DNA of 64,000 nucleotides, taken from Mobula hypostoma. Taxonomy: Eukaryota. Below, one piece after another: positions 63,069 through 64,000 of the stretch. The DNA lies in contig NC_086108.1 of NCBI RefSeq assembly GCF_963921235.1, positions 102,984,001 through 103,048,000 of the forward strand. Reading direction: 5' to 3'. Every line of letters begins with the position of its first letter. The first letter of the stretch is position 1. The position numbers were made by a program, and so were the translations under genes. The notes beneath the pieces are model-generated. The model was not told where the DNA came from. It searched no databases and saw only the letters and a program-made list of their open reading frames with translations.

Positions 63069-63689
63069 GATGACATTTTCTGTCTCTCTCTCCATTTAAA
63101 TCGGTGACTTCCTGAACCTCACCATAATCGGAGTGGGAAAAATCTTTATCTCGTCTCTTTTCTAATCCTTCAACCAATCATTTCAAACCTCTGTCATCTG
63201 GTCTTTGACCTGTCTACAAAGGGAAAGATGTCCATAAGACCATAAGGCGTAGGAGCAGAATTAAAGTCATCGAGTCTGCTCTGCCATTCCATCATGGCTG
63301 ATCCCGGAACCCCTCAACCCCAGACACCTCTCACCATATCCTTTGATGCCCTGATTGATCAGGAAACGATCAACTCCCACTTTAAATACACCCACGGACT
63401 TGGCCTCCATTGTAGTCTGTGGCAGAGCATTTCACAGATTTACTACTCCTCCTTACCTTGGCCCTCCCCTTAGCTGATATATCTGTTACTACCCGACAAC
63501 CATCAGACTCCTGAAACCATGTGGATAACTTCACTCAGCTCAGCTCAGAACTAATTCCACAACCTACAGACTCACTTCCAAGGAACACACACACAATGGT
63601 GGAGGAACTCAACAGGTCAGACAGCACCTATAACGAATAAACAATTAACGTTTCAGGCTGAGACCCTTCTTCAGGACTGGGTAGGAAGG

Positions 63690-64000
63690 GATAAGAGTGG
63701 AGGCCTGTGACTAATGGTGTGCCACAGGGATCAGTGCTGGGTCCATTGTTATTTGTCATCTATATCAATGATCTGGATGATAATGTGGTAAACTGGATCA
63801 GCAAATTTGCTGATGATACAAAGATTGGAGGTGTAGTGGACAGTGAGGAAGGTTTTCAAAGCTTGCAGAGGGATTTGGACCAGCTGGAAAAATGGGCTGA
63901 AAAATGGCAGATGGAGTTTAATACAGACAAGTGTGAGGTATTGCACTTTGGAAGGACAAACCAAGGTAGAACATACAGGGTAAATGGTAAGGCACTGAGG
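63690..64000 (+). mobile_element. CR1 LINE RT fragment running off the window end
   Basis: [21 protein letters not shown]...[11 protein letters not shown]. Preceded by a minus-strand pLTR at about 63585-63680. Confidence 0.85.

Noticed and set aside
61040..63076. Host reverse-transcriptase gene or autonomous LINE
   Set aside because: A 5'-truncated CR1 without endonuclease or ORF1; the start Met is supplied by flanking DNA.
59269..64000. Final ST6GALNAC5 exon (HYY and HxF motifs)
   Set aside because: Not found by eye; the region is mostly CR1 and pLTR sequence, so the exon is probably downstream.

Overview
Vertebrate genomic DNA, most likely from a cartilaginous fish (ray or shark). This is inferred from the repeat content: CR1 LINEs, HE1-like V-SINEs, Rex1, Penelope and Vingi. 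The window holds the first four coding exons of one + strand gene, an ST6GALNAC5-like alpha-2,6-sialyltransferase: 1255-1269, 1517-1705, 49555-49964 and 59161-59268. All four splice in frame with GT-AG boundaries; the last exon was not found and probably lies beyond the window. Intron 2 (about 47.8 kb) is mostly nested transposable elements. Main observations: (1) many Penelope pLTR-derived repeats carry a minimal hammerhead-ribozyme motif that would need to dimerise, several in the pre-mRNA sense. (2) Near-identical young CR1 copies lie in opposite orientation around exons 3-4, a layout that could promote circular RNA. (3) A 15 x 51-bp minisatellite grew out of CR1 reverse-transcriptase sequence and is interrupted by a 270-bp solo LTR. 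(4) A Vingi-like LINE sits 45 bp before exon 3, and its target-site duplication (TSD) copies a branch-point-like motif. (5) A uORF overlaps the start codon. There are no prokaryotic features and no CRISPR array. I found no clearly new system; the ribozyme-bearing repeats are the best lead. Boundaries of decayed repeats are approximate, and family names come from recalled motifs, not database searches.
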